Assembly (NCBI GenBank): GCA_001949185.1
Contig: BDGG01000007.1
Coordinates: 1,260,730 to 1,324,729 of the forward strand
Reading direction: 5' to 3'
Origin: Ramazzottius varieornatus
Lineage: Eukaryota > Animalia > Tardigrada
DNA length: 64,000 bases
The number at the start of each line of letters is the position of its first letter. Position 1 is the stretch's first letter. The notes beneath the pieces are model-generated. The model was not told the DNA's origin, did not search any database, and saw only the letters and a list, made by a program, of their open reading frames with translations. Below are positions 27,648 through 40,741 of this stretch, piece after piece. Position numbers and translations under genes: made by a program.

Positions 27648-28350
27648 ATGGCCAAAGCCCTGCTGCTGATCCTCTCGCTGGCAGCTGTTTCTTTTGCAAA
27701 AGACAACCGGCTGGTCGACCGACTGATGGCAGCCAATATTGACCAGCAACCCGAATCGTGGCCGCGGATCAACACGTGAGTTCCTCTGTTTTCTTTCAAC
27801 CGTCATTATCCAAGAAGTTACCGCGCTTTCCAGGTGCGCCTTGTTGGAGCCCGAAATTATCGCCAAACGTGCCCGCGCAATCTCCATCCGGCCGGAAGAC
27901 GATCCAGTGACCAACGACCCTCGCGTCTCTATCCAGATTGACACCTGCACTGCTGAGCTATTGACAGTCAACGCTACGGCTAACGCACCGGTGACTCTTA
28001 GCGAAACCCTGATTGAAGACGGGTAAATTAATTGACTATCAATGTTGAATATTGGCTTGTTGAAGATGCGTAAATGGTCTTACTGTTGTAGCGTTCTAAC
28101 CCTTGCGGGTAAAGCCGCCCAACTGAAGTTGCGCAAGCTTCCGGCAGTGGCCACACCCGGTACATCCGATCACTTCGAGGGCACCGTACAAGCCTTCACA
28201 CTAGACAAGGCTCAGGTGACATCGCCCGTCTTTGACCAACGAGTGGGAGCCAAAGTCCGCTGCTATTTGTCGTACTGTCTCAAGCCAGTAGCTGGCCAGC
28301 CCAATCGGCCCACAACATGCAAGCAAGATAACGGAGCGTGGATCTTGTAG
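27648..28350 (+). CDS. Small secreted ZP-C-like protein C; exons 27648-27775, 27834-28022, 28092-28350
   Basis: Signal peptide MAKALLLILSLAAVSFA and two phase-2 GT-AG introns. IQIDTCTA..TLIEDG..VQAFTL..KVRCYLSYC parallels the C-terminal half of the neighbouring genes. Confidence 0.7.
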
Positions 28351-28555
28351 TCTTCCACCCCCTGAAAACCGGATTGCAATTCGAGCTTAAACTTTTAATT
28401 CCTCTTGATCCATCATCTTACACCGCGCATCTTCTAAAATGTTTTTGCTTGATAGCTTGCTTGCACTACAATAAGTTACTGTATGCTGGTGACCCTTCGA
28501 ATCGAAAAGGGGACCATGCACATATTTCCGCAACCTGGCAGCAACACTCTCGCTA

Positions 28556-28700
28556 CGAGGTAAACGACATAATTCGGGTATATCGATTTTAGCACCATAA
28601 TGCGGGCAGCGAAAGGTTTGAACATCACCTTCAACGCTTGATTCATCCCTCATCGTACGTGTGTTGATACAACATTAGGCTTTTTAACATTGGACAGACC
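28556..28700 (+). mobile_element. Truncated copy of the 33515-33999 MITE family
   Basis: TA + CGAGGTAAACGACATAATTCGGG..CCATAATGCGGGCA matches the left TIR at 33515. Internal TAGGCTTTT.AACATT is shared. No right TIR seen. Confidence 0.6.
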
Positions 28701-29606
28701 CATCTCCATCCCAGGCCAAATTTCCGTAATCTACAACGCTTTCCCGTTCCCAAACCTATTGGAACCTTGACGAGAGGGATCAGTCTACCTCAGGAAACAA
28801 GAAACGGTTCATTACGCGCAGCAGGAGCTGAGAAAAAATATGGCCGAATTACGAGTGAAAAACCCCGTACAGCTGAAACTTCCTGGTAAATCAAAAGGGA
28901 CGTGTCACGTGAGCAGGAGTCCTCACATATCGCGCAATCGGAACGTTTTGGTTGGTTAGAGAACTTACTTCAGCCAATCAACGGATCCGCTATCGTCATC
29001 TACATGTCGTGCTGTTCACAACGCAATCTCTCGGTTCGCAAGAACCGATTTCGTGCTGCGTGAGGACTCTTGCCCACGTCCGAAGAGGAGATACCCAGAA
29101 ACCGTCTGCCGCTTTTCACCAGTGGTAGTACTTTGATTTCGTAACTACACACATGAAACTTGTCGTCTGCCTGTGATCATCTAGTGTAGACAGACGGAAC
29201 AGGCATGTGGTACGTTACGTATCCCAAATCCTAGGTTGACCTTAGAACTTAATTGTGGGCTTGTTTTCTCAGTTCGGTGCAAGGAACCAATCTTCCTACT
29301 CATACCGGAAACTTCAGCTGCCACGCTGCAGAATTCGATTGACACGTGGACTGAGATTAGATTAGATAAGTGCTCGGATGGTATGACGCGTCACCAGCCG
29401 AAATGCTATAGATTACCGTTTTTCCGCTGGTCGGGACAGAGTTGTTTTCGATCCGTATCTGTAACCTTCCAAGGTTAAAATATTACAGAATGATTCTGGT
29501 CAAGGTCATGCTCAAGCATTTATATTGTGCGAAGTCAGCAGTAAGTACGTTTCAACAAAGCAAAATAAAGTTCGAGCCGTAAAAAGCGATAACATCAGCT
29601 GTTAGC

Positions 29607-30784
29607 CTAACGAGACCAGTTAGGCGCTAGACCCAAATATGCCGAGGCGGGTACTTCATTCTTTGGGACGACATTGACGGCACAGTCCACCTTCATGGTG
29701 TGAGGTACATCGACCACAGGATCAATAAACTGGACATAGGGAAAGCGGAAGCTATACTCTGCAGCATCGGCGTTAGCTGCGCCGTTAAACTGGCGTTCCA
29801 CGTTCAAATTTGCATTACCTTCCGGCCTAAAAGACGGAGAAAACTTCAGCAGGTTGTTCGAAAAAGTAACGAATAACGGTGGGGAATCTTACCCGTTGCC
29901 CTTGTCTTCCACGACGAAAACGCCCGCTGACTCTGAAGAAATGGCGCATCTGTCCAAGTAGAACGCAACATCGGGATTACCCAAGGTTTCGCCCTGCTGC
30001 AGCTTCACAGTACAGTAGAACTTCTCTTCTTCCCGGTTAGGCTCACAGTCCAGTCTGTAAAAGTTAACTTTGTCAATCAATCGTAAGGCTACGTGTTAAT
30101 CTGAGTGATGACAGAAGACCGTATCGGTCCAACGTACTCGAAATGAACGCCTGTACAGTCAGTCAAGGGCGTTGCACTGCTCGGTGCACTGTAACACATG
30201 GCCGGTTCCATGTCGGTGGACATGCAGCACTTGACCTTGACGTTGGTATGGCTGATCAAGGAAAGGGTGTCGTGAACCTTCAAGAACTCGACAAGCTTGA
30301 CGTTCTGCTCCTGGGTAGCGTCACCGTTGGGTGTTTGGCCAAAGACGGTGTTACAGTCGTCGCGATCGAACAGAGTGGTGGTGGTCGTGATCTGTCCGAA
30401 ACCTGTCCCAGGATTGAGCTCGTTATGCTTGGTACACTTGGGGTCTCGTGGCAGGTTGGAAGGCGAAGGATCGGCACCACCCATCCAGGTGATCCAAACG
30501 TTACTGGCCTGGGAGGGCGAGAAGAATTGCAGGCTCATGCCGGTCAGCGAGCAGCCCACGTACATGTAGGTGCACGAGCCATCACCGTTCCAGATGGAAA
30601 TATTGGGGCCGGTCAGCGGCAGCGAGCAGGCGTTGTTGGGACCGTTACAGACACGGGTCAGAACCAGGCTGTCGTCCTGCATCGGCAAGTCATCAAGACG
30701 GGTGGACCAGCTATCCAAAGACGTGCAAACGGCTGCGCCAATCAGACAAGCAATCAAAGAAAGGATGTGTATGGTTACAGCCAT
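29607..30784 (-). CDS. Secreted ZP-domain (cuticlin-like) protein D; exons 30784-30138, 30054-29893, 29826-29607
   Basis: Signal peptide. ZP-N-like Cys pattern VGCSLTGMSLQF..DPKC..DDCNT..QNVKLV..VKVKCC; ZP-C-like FYLDRCAI..FRFPYVQF..MKVDCAV. Both introns phase 2; the first donor could alternatively be at 30119. Confidence 0.75.
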
Positions 30785-33514
30785 GGTGAACAGAGAAGTC
30801 TTCTTGTCAGGCCGAACTCACTGGTAACTTGCACTAGTGCATGAAGCAGTCCACTGTCAGTTTTCGCCAATTCTTCCCAGTGGTGGTCTGACAGTATCAA
30901 TGGTAGACCCCGCTTGAATTATTCACAACCTTGTGAAAGATTAGGTGACGCTTCGGGACACGTTATCCGAGAGATTACAGGACGATACTGCTATCGTCGC
31001 TTTCGAACGATTCGCCATATTGTTTTGTGCTGCGGGAATTCAGTGTCCTATAGTCTCTAATGGATAAGAGTCCGTCCAGGTGTAGGCTAGCAAGCCAATT
31101 TAGGGTGGGAAACGATATAGCGTATATCAAGTGTCGAGGAGTAACATGCGCCGACCAAATGGCTTTTCCGATGTTTTTTCTAGATTTTCAAATTTCCAGA
31201 ACCCGTATTTCCCAGCTTTGTTCGTCCTTCTCGTGGCTGATTAATAAGAATGAATGTGTTACGCTGGGAAACAACCAACTCCCCGCAAGGTTTCGCCACT
31301 GACGCAGAACTTTGCTTAATTCGAAATCGAAGGTAGATTACCCCGTTAAAACAGCCATTTGGTCGCCGCATGTTAGTCCTCGACGGAACGTCCGATTGTC
31401 TTACTTCTTGTTTTGTTCGAGAGTTCAGTGTTTGTTGCATTTCGGGGATGCGAGGATTCAGAGGCTCGACATGCCCAGATCAGACGGCGGTGGTTAACAC
31501 ACACTCAGTTTCGAAAAAATTTTCGCCATGCCGACTGGTTTCCTGATTTCGCCATGCCGACTGGTTTCCTGATTCTGTTCGTGCCGTGTCACATAACCAT
31601 GTAGACCAACTCTTGTTCTTTTGTAAACATTTTGAACGATCGGAATCAGGTTGCAGAGACAGGACATACGCTTTTTCGAATAGAGGTTTAGGGGGATCAC
31701 TCATTATTGGGAGACAGTCAGTCTGACGGTGTATTTGTGGCCATAATACCACAAAAAGCATAGCGCGCACAGACCAAACCAGACCAAACAACGACTGTAC
31801 GCTCAATCACAATACACCGAAGTTTTCCGCGTGGTAAATGAAACTCCGCAGTCTCCATCGTAGCGCATTTATTTTTTTCCAAACCGAAATTAATACTTTA
31901 AAGTACCGATCTAGCGAGACAGAATTCGGTGCCGAAGCGTGGAGAAAGACTGCCCGGGACACGCAGAATTCGCTGTTGTGTGTGATATTATACCGGTCAG
32001 CACGATCGGAACACACTAGGAGTGGTTGTCTCCATGCTTGTTTACACCACCTTGCGAATCGGTTTTCTTTTCACACATATCACCATCGAACGCTACTTCG
32101 CTGACCATATTGCTGAAACCGACCACGGCAGAAACAGTGAATCGCAGTAGTGAGAGTCCGCTCGCAGGAGATCAAAAGTCTGGTCAGCCTGCAGCCCAGA
32201 AGTTCCGCAGTTCGAAATCCAGTCTTGTTTGCGAACTCACATGGCTTACGGCTGTCTTCGCGCATGTCGTTCACTTGATTACAGTGAACGTGATTTCCAG
32301 TTACAAACCAGACACTCATAACTATACAACCATGAAATGACCGCGAATGTTAGTGGTCAAGTACGTTTCGAAAAGTAACACCTGAAAAATATTCTCACGA
32401 CTCGGTTCGACTTTCAACCGAAAATCTGAACATCCAATTCGGTAACTCTTGCGAAATTGATACCATCGTAACCTAAAACTTGGTAGTAGTAAGATTGGAA
32501 TGGAAGTAGGCATCTCGTAGGAAAAACTGTACATGGCGAGTCAAGAAAGTCAGTAATACCACGCGTCCGAATAGAAACCGCAGGATCAATGACACAGTAT
32601 CAGCTGTAGCGCTCGTTTTCTATAGCCTCCCTGGAATCGCTTGATGTGTATTGATCAGGGTGCATCTATTAATGACGTCAGGTACCCAGGGAGGGATGAT
32701 GGGTACGTGAAACTTGTCAGAAATCTTACAAAAGCCAAATGATTGCTTGAAGTCCCTGACATTGGTGGTCAAGCCTCCTATAGTCGAAGCCTGACTTCAT
32801 TAGTGAATGCTCCCACCATCCAGTTGTGCTTCGGAAACCGAGATTTCTACACTGATGGGCTGCTAAACATCGCCTTGCTGGTGAGCAAGACGCGTAATCA
32901 AGCTCTTGACTGACATCGCCAAGTCGCAGTGTGGGGCCGATTTTAGTCATGACGTAGTTAATTCACTCGTGAAAAAAAGCGCTGTTTGATTAAACTGGAA
33001 GATCAGTCAATCCACCACGCCCGCGGCCATGACTTGACACAAAATACATTAGCTCCTAGATCGATTGAGTGCTTGGACTGCCACGGGGTTTGAAAAAGCA
33101 ACACAACCACGTTCGACGCGATGTTTTCCAGTCCACGAGTCGGTGCCGCGCCATTTTGATGGCTGGATGTTTCAGTTATTGCGCATATTGGCTCACCCTG
33201 CTCAGATGGAGGCGAGGTTTAGCAGCACTCCAGTGATTTTCACCCTATTACTTGTTCCCGGCTTTTCCATCCTGCCGGTCCCACCCTGTTTTTTCAGGAT
33301 GGGAATTTCCCCGTCTTGTATATCAGAGCCGTTTAGGGTGGTCGTTTTCCCACCATTCCCGGGTCTAGCTTAGGCATGTAGTCCGTCACCTTCGGACAAC
33401 AGAAACTCAAGGGTGGGTCTCTGACCTCCAAACCGAACCGTAAAAAACCCAGAAAAACAGTTACCAGGCTTTATGTCAGTAGACAACTTTGCTAAAAAAA
33501 TTGAATAACCCCTA

Positions 33515-33999
33515 CGAGGTAAACGGCATAATTCGGGCATGGCGATTTCCGACCCATAATTCGGGCAAGCCTGCGGTATGGGGTGGCAGCACGTGTCAGG
33601 TTGCTGGTTAGCGTGTGCCGCTGACTATAACCGTGCTATAACTGGCGGAAATGCGTCATCGAGCAATGTCTTATCATGTGAAAGTCTTTTTTTTTACTTT
33701 GAACGAGCTTTATGACGTCAACGAAGGTTGTTGAATAAATCGAGTCAAGCGCCTCTTATGGCCCTTCTCAATCTCATTTCGTAGGCTTTTCAACATTAGC
33801 GATACCCTCCTTTGGCTGGAGTCCCGTTTTTCGGATTCCGTCCACCAGATCATCCTCAAAACTGTTTAAGGCTACCGTAAACAAGTTTTTCTACTTGGCA
33901 AACTACAAATAACGCTGATCCGTCCAGCCGTTACGGAGAAAACAGTTTCCCGAATTATGGATCGGAAATTGCCATGCCCGAATTATGCCGTTTACCTCG
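33515..33999. mobile_element. Tc1/mariner-type MITE (485 bp)
   Basis: TA flanks at 33513-33514 and 34000-34001. ~51-bp TIRs CGAGGTAAACGGCATAATTCGGGCATGGC(G/A)ATTTCCGA(C/T)CCATAATTCGGG with 2 mismatches. Confidence 0.92.
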
Positions 34000-35413
34000 T
34001 ACTTGTCCTGTATGCTCCATCACCTTTATACCGACCGCCTGGAAGAACTCTGTGGCTCCATGCCGACTGGGCAGAAGCAAAACTGCTGGCGGATATCCTT
34101 ATAATTGGCTCTTACTTCCTTCCGCTTGTTCAGCGTCTGATCCTGCTCTCTGAGAAGATCCAATAACGTTTATCAGGGCCCAACAATCTAAGTTGAAACT
34201 CAGCCATAGTACAACCAAGACGGGATGAAAACGTTTTTGGGGCATAATAGCGCATCAACCTTTAAAGTCAGTTCCAGCAGAATGAGTAGCCATAAACGGC
34301 GAATAGGACGAGTACGCACCGGCCATCAGTACGATGTGATCGGCCTTTAGAGAACTTCATCTTTCTTTGATTCATGACTGTCCGGTTAGGACAGGGCTTT
34401 CGCCTTTTCTGGTTCTCTATGTTTCGCTATACTTCAGTCTATATTCCTCTACACAGTTGCTTTTTCCCTAATGGGACTGCATTAGAGAAAAAGCAACTGC
34501 CGTGAATTCACAGTCAAGCTTACATATCATACATTTATCAGAAGATCAGACACGAGCCGAAATTTTAGGAGCGTACAACGTATACCGGGGACCGTCAGGA
34601 GTGCGCTGTGCACTGCATGAAACAGTTGAAAGTTCCAAATGCTGTTAAAAAATTCATGTCATCAGCACTGCGAAAAGCATATTCATGAATTGTTTTTTCT
34701 CGGAAACTTCCGTTTGCCTTGTGATGTTCTGAACTTGGAAGTCGATAATGGCCCTCGCAACTCGCAGTTGACTCAAGTACCTATGAGTCAAACATGCCGT
34801 AAAAAGAGGAACAAATAAGGTACGACTTAATAAGCTTGCTCAAGTACCCACGAGATGGCTGACGTTCGCACACAGTGATTCGTAGCTCCGAGGTAAATCT
34901 AAAGGACATAATTCTGCCGTAAACGTTTTTGGGACGCGATCATGGCTGGTTATGTTTCTGAGCTCACTTCAACAGCTCAGTTAGTTTCTCGTTCCCCAGG
35001 TACAAGCACTTGAATTTTCTCAAAGTGTTGACTTTCATTTTCGGACCATGAGGAACCACACTCTATGATTCGATGTGAGTTCATCTATTTTTTTCTGCAA
35101 TTCCGCCCGAGTGAATGGGTTTTTCTTCAGTAGATTTCTACCAGAGAGCGAAAAACTACACACAGACAAGTTCAAATGCCCTGGAGCTACATTCGCCAGA
35201 AGATCCAATGAAGCTGGAAGTCTACAGGCGTTGCGTGCACACTGGTGGGCGCCAGGATCTTTCTGCAAATTTAAGTGATGTTTACTCCAATTTAGCCAAT
35301 AGTAAATTCGTCCACATGTACACAGATTTCGGCAAGAATTACTACGTACACGGTGCATCGACACAATAGTTCACGTTTAGTTTTCTCGTTCGATCTAATT
35401 GGCATCGACCGTA

Positions 35414-38076
35414 CTGTAAGTATTCACTGCATCCGCGCAGCACGTCATCGCACAAGTGAAGTACACCCCCGGTCCGGTTTCACGGATTGCGCAACCCCCT
35501 TCAGGGGTACATCTAGACCTGGCAATGGTGTGGTTTTACCACACCACACCGAAAAAAACCACACTTTTCGGTTTCGGTGTGCGTAAAACACCAAACCGAA
35601 AAAAGTGGTGTCCGTTTTACACCGAATCTTCGGTTTCGGTGTTCGAGGACACCATATCACACCAAACCGAAAAACTTTCGGTGTACCGGTGTTAAATAAT
35701 AAAACAAATCAATAAGACCATTACCGCAAATCCTCGACAACGCTCGGTAGTTGATTGACACACGGTGTTGATTATTTCGTGCTGCAGAGACCCATAATCT
35801 GACAGATGCGGGTTGTTTTCCTATGGATGTGTACCTTCCTGTCCTTTATCGAACTTTCGCCCATATCCTCTGAACTCAGCTAGGTAGCATGTTTCGAAAT
35901 AGGTTAGCGTGGGACCAAGAGCTGGAGCAAATTCGCGCGGAGAGCGAAGAGAGGGATGGCACACGACGCGAAAGGGATGATGGCGAAATGGCCGACACCG
36001 ATGTGCTAATAGATACTGCCCCAGCTGCTCCGTCTCTAAGTTCACCAACGTCGACTGTCAAGAGCAAGAGTGCGAAAGATGTGGAACATCGAGCGCCTGT
36101 CTACAAGTACTGGAAGCATGATGAAAGAGCCAAGAAGTTCAAGTGTGGCTTTGGTAACTGCAGGCAGACTTACGCGGACAGCAATTTCAGCTCTGTACTA
36201 TCAACTGATACCAAGGGTTGTCATCGAACCGGCCAACTCCACCAGCTCACAATTAGCAGCAGTCCCGAAAGCCTTTCAGCCCGTCGTTCCAAAAATGAGC
36301 CGTAAAGAGCAGCAAGCGCTTGATGATCGACTCAAGCGACTCATCACAGACGGAAATCTACCCTTCGCTCTTGTGGACGCTCTTGTGTAAATGTCAACAC
36401 ACAAGGTACAACATCACGAACCAGTTTCGTACGAGAAAAGTTCAAAGACTAACTGGCTTTGGTAACTAAGACCTAATGTGCTGGAAAAATATTTTTTATT
36501 TGTTTTTTGCAGTGTCGGAATTCCGCCTTCGATGTGTCTGCCATGTAATGAACAACGTAGCGGAAGTTGGTGTCGGAGATGACCTGAAGATTGTAAGCCG
36601 AATACGCGAAATGGTGAAATTTGTCCGAAAGCCTGAAGCAGAGAAGCAGTACATCGCGCTACGAGAGTCGGAGAAGGACAAGGACAAAGACAGGCACCTC
36701 AGATTACCCTTGGATGTCTCGACAAGATGGAACAGTACTCTACCAATGCTGTGCGGTGCTTACGAGGCAAGACATCATCTGAAAAGGTATGCTGCTACTT
36801 ATGGTACCACCGCGTTCAAGAAGAATTTGCTCAAAGATTCCGAATGGGAAGACGTGAGCCGTTTGATAAGTTTTCTGGTGCCGTTAGAGCAAGCTACTAA
36901 CGACTGCTCGGCATCAAGTTGTCCTACGTTTCACCTCGGCAAGCAGTGTCTTTCAATTCTCCACAACCACTTCAAGGTAAAAATAGTTAAGTGAGAGAAG
37001 AGCTGCGTTAATTTGTCAAATGTGGTTCCACGTGTCCACTTTGATCATGGATTCTCAAGTTACTTTATTGGAACAAAACTTTTTTTTCACGGAATTCAAT
37101 CTAGTTATATATTGAAATCCGAATTGAAGTTGCTCTTCTCTCAGGTTAATTATTTTCCCTTAAGGTTGTGCAAGATGATCCAACCGAGGTAAGGGTGAAC
37201 TTCCGAATTCACTAAATTGGTGTTTCTGCATGATAATCATTTGCAGAAACCCTATATCAAAAGAACTGCTGCGAAGATGGCAGCCAAGCTGACGTCAGTG
37301 GAGCCCGATAGTTGGCAGCAAGACGCCGCAACCGTGGCTCTGCTTTTGGATCCATGCGTCAAAACAAATGCCTTTGCGAACCCGGAAGAGAAGCTACAAG
37401 CCATTGAAGTGCTGAAGAAATACGTCGGCCTTTACTCAGATCAGAGTATCGGAATTCCGCACAGTTCCACTGTTACAAACTCACAGCCTGCATCTCTTCG
37501 CGATTCTTTCCTGCGAAAAATCACCAGCGGTTTGACTGCTCAACAGAACGAAGTCGACAGTTATCTCGGAGCCAAAATGTGACGTGCTGCTGTGGTGGAA
37601 GTCCCGCCGTGATGTTTTCCCTGTTTTATCTAAAATCGTAATAGACTTTATGGCTGTATCTGCATCTTCGGTACCATCTGAACGTTGGTTTTCTCGCGCT
37701 GGCACGGTTGTTACCAAGTATAGAAGTTCGCTTGATAGTTTCACCGTGCAAGTTTCAATGTGTATAAAATCTTGGTATTTTTTTGAGTTTCCGTGTGCGG
37801 CGCAGTTTGATTTGTTGATGTCGAACTAATATTGAAAACTAACTCTTAATGATTTTTCGGTTTTTCGATTTGGTATGGTGTGATGTACCGAAAGTTTGGT
37901 ATGGGAGTTGCACCACACTAAAAAAAATGGTACGACTTTCGCACCGAAAAAGTAATTTCGGTGTGGAGAAACACCAAACTGAAAAACACCACACCACACT
38001 TTATCACACTTTTGCCAGGTCTAGGTGCATCGTCGCGTAAGTATACGTACTGCGCGGATGCAGCGGGTATTTACAG
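35414..38076. mobile_element. Tiny (~145 bp net) MITE hosting the hAT insertion
   Basis: Left end CTGTAAGTATTCACTGCATCCGCGCAGCACGT, preceded by TA; right end reverse complement CTGTAAATACCCGCTGCATCCGCGCAGTACGT. Confidence 0.7.
35514..38023 (+). mobile_element. hAT DNA transposon (2510 bp) with a defective transposase
   Basis: TIRs TAGACCTGGCAA/TTGCCAGGTCTA; 8-bp TSD GGTACATC/GGTGCATC; subterminal ACACC/ACCGAA repeats. ORF fragments with a BED-finger start (VYKYW..KFKC..C), RCVCH, DVSTRWNST, LLLDP and a dimerisation domain (LLWWK..FPVLS..SASSVPSERWFS). Frameshifts near 36200 and 37580. Confidence 0.95.
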
Positions 38077-39234
38077 GATTTTCTTTGGTTGGTTGGTTGT
38101 CCTGTGAGGACAGTGCGAGAGTGCGAGTCTTGTCGCAATTTTTGTATTTTACGTTTCGGTAACAGGCGCAAGTTACTTTTCAATCATCGATCCTTTTCTA
38201 TTCTTCTCTGATGGCCTGAGAGAAATATTCGGGTCGGTGAAAGGATTTTTAAAAATGTATGGCAACATGACGGTGCTCCACCGGGCTTATATACATAGGC
38301 AACAATTGCCTAACATCTAAGTACCTGTTATTCCCCGAGGCCAATGTTAGGGTCTACGTGAATACTGGTTAAGTATCTCTCAAAATATGTCCGCTCCTGT
38401 CTGTAGGATGCCAAGATATCCATGGTGTTCTGCGATAACATTTTTTTCACCAATACTGAAATCAGCGGATATGGGTCAATAATGGGCTACTATTTTTTTT
38501 CTCGGAATCCCGATCTTTGACGGACATCGTACCAGCGGTGGAGCTTCGGTCTTACAGAATTTCAAGTGCAGTTCGCTGAAGCGCAATTTTCCAGCAACTT
38601 ACCCAGTCAGCAATAACAAAGTGTATGTGCCGTTGTTCATGATTCCTGGGTCAAAGTTCCACAACAGTACAGTAAGGCGGCGTGGCAAGAGTCGAGCGCT
38701 TCACTGACTTTGTACTCTCACCAGCTGGCACGTTTGCTTCGGTCTCGGGCAGCTCTGGATAAGGCTTTTGTACCGGCTACAAAACACGTTGAAACTTCCG
38801 CCGTTCCTGCAGATACTTCCGTGCACTGAATTTTAGCATATCGATAGCTAACTTACTTTGCTGCTGTCAGTTTTCTTTTAAAGTTTGTCTCCGGGGACTA
38901 TTCGTCCACCTTTTTTTGATATCGAACTAAGTGCTTGGAGTGTACAGTATCGGTCTCACAAACATTAATTATCACTAAGTCAGCTTAGTTAGCTTCCGTA
39001 ACCGGCAAATCTTGATCACATTCACCCTCTACTATTAAAAACAGTTTCCCACTGCTTTTGGGTCCCGTCAAGGACGAGGCCAGAAGAGCTTGCTTTAAGG
39101 TTACCAACAGTGGAGCATTTCGATCCGAGCAAACAGCACTAGTGTTGCCAAAAACCGTACCGAATCAGATAGCTTGGATTTGGTTGACTTTGGTAGCTGC
39201 TTGCTGTTCAATAGAAGCCTTTCCAGAAGCAAAA

Positions 39235-40741
39235 ATGGTTGCGAACCCTGTTACAAGTAGGTCTGAGCCAAAAAGTTTTGTGTCGGATAACCTACTCCGT
39301 TATTTATGGCTTTGGGGATTGTACCACCCACATTCATGCGGATGCGCTGATTTTTCTGCCAAACCCTCACTCTGTGAACGTTACCGAAACCTATTTTACT
39401 CACACTATGGCTATGTAATAGCGGCGTTGACAAGTCTCCTGGCGCTGTTGGGGCTGGCCGACTACGTGTCGTACTACTCGCAAGACATCGCCTCGTTGAA
39501 CTTTTTCATTCTGGTCAGACTGGTCAACAACGCCTCGGGGATCCTGATGGGACCGCTGATTCTGCTGCTCATGTTTCGCTCGCGGAAAGCTGTCGTTCAG
39601 CTCTTTGAAAGATTCCGATGTCTTGAAGTCACCTCCTTATCTCATGTTCAGTCTGCTAGACGTCTAAACATGTTTACAACAGTATGGATGGCTTCAATGT
39701 TTATTATCCTTCTTTGCGGTATGGCTCTTCGCAACTGGCCGGCACTCCGCACTCTAGAAGGCCTTCAGAGTACGACACTGGCTCTTGGCGTACACTTCCA
39801 TCATGTTCACCACTTCCCGTTACGTGGTTGCGGTTAATGCAGAGGTCGCTTCGCAGCTGTCTTACGTTTTTATGGTTCTGGGCTTTGCAGCAACTTTTCA
39901 AAAAGTGCATCATAGTCTTCAGTCGGTCCTCAACACACAAACGGTAGACTGGAAAAATGTTTCGCGCGTACTAAGAGAAGAGTTTGCTGTTCTTCGCCTG
40001 CTGAAAAGTATGAAGGACGACCTCAACGACACTTTCGGATTGTTGATTGTGCTGAACTGTGTGCGAGATATGGTTGCCGCAGTGGGAGTTATAGCTTTAC
40101 TTCTCCAAGTGGACGGCAAACCAGGTATGGAAGAAAGTGTTGCAGACTGCGCCAAGAGAGAAGATATCCAGCTGCGTCGAAAGTACGGAGACTGGGCCAT
40201 TATCATAATAACTTTGACCAATGCTGCTTTGAGAGTAGGAGTTTGTATGCATTGCAGCTCGCAGGTATTTAAAAAATTGGTGCTTAAAACATGTTAATGC
40301 ATGTAGGCACACGTTTTATTGACCTACCAGGATTGTCATATCCCGCAGGTTAAAGGAGTGTTGCGTACTGTTCAAAGACTGCGAATTGAAACCTGCTCGA
40401 TGGACGTAGCCGATGATTGTGCAGCGATTCTGGCAGAAATCGATGCGTCTAGTGGGGCCATCTCTGCCGCTGGACTATTTCACATTGACTTGGGATATGT
40501 TGCAAAGGTATAAGTGACTGAGTTCTCTGCGGTGGACCGATCTCGCAGTGCAATGTTGCTTCTTATTTTGCAGGTTTTCCAAATTTGGATCACTTACGGC
40601 ATCCTGGTGTATCAGACCAGAGATGCAAAGGCCAACTCCGATGAGCATACCACAGCAGCAGATATTCGGCGTGAAACACTGTTACTCAAAGCAGGTCTTC
40701 GAAACGAATCTTTGACCTTTCCTTTGCAGGTTCAGCCTTAG
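39235..40741 (+). pseudogene. Gustatory receptor-like (7TM chemoreceptor) gene 1 with a frameshift at ~39760-39800; exons 39235-40264, 40349-40507, 40574-40741
   Basis: Multi-TM protein with LNDTFGLLI, AISAAGLFHID and WITYGILVYQ (Gr TY-hhhhh-Q signature), and two 3' phase-0 introns. The frame changes without an evident intron and a segment is missing relative to the paralog. Confidence 0.8.

Noticed and set aside
30143-30844. 233-aa ORF on + strand
   Set aside because: Antisense shadow of ZP-like gene D, which has the signal peptide and splice structure.
31521-31574. 26-bp tandem duplication (similar small ones at ~19368-19413 and ~61608-61650)
   Set aside because: Two-unit local duplications without spacer structure; not CRISPR-like, and the context is eukaryotic.
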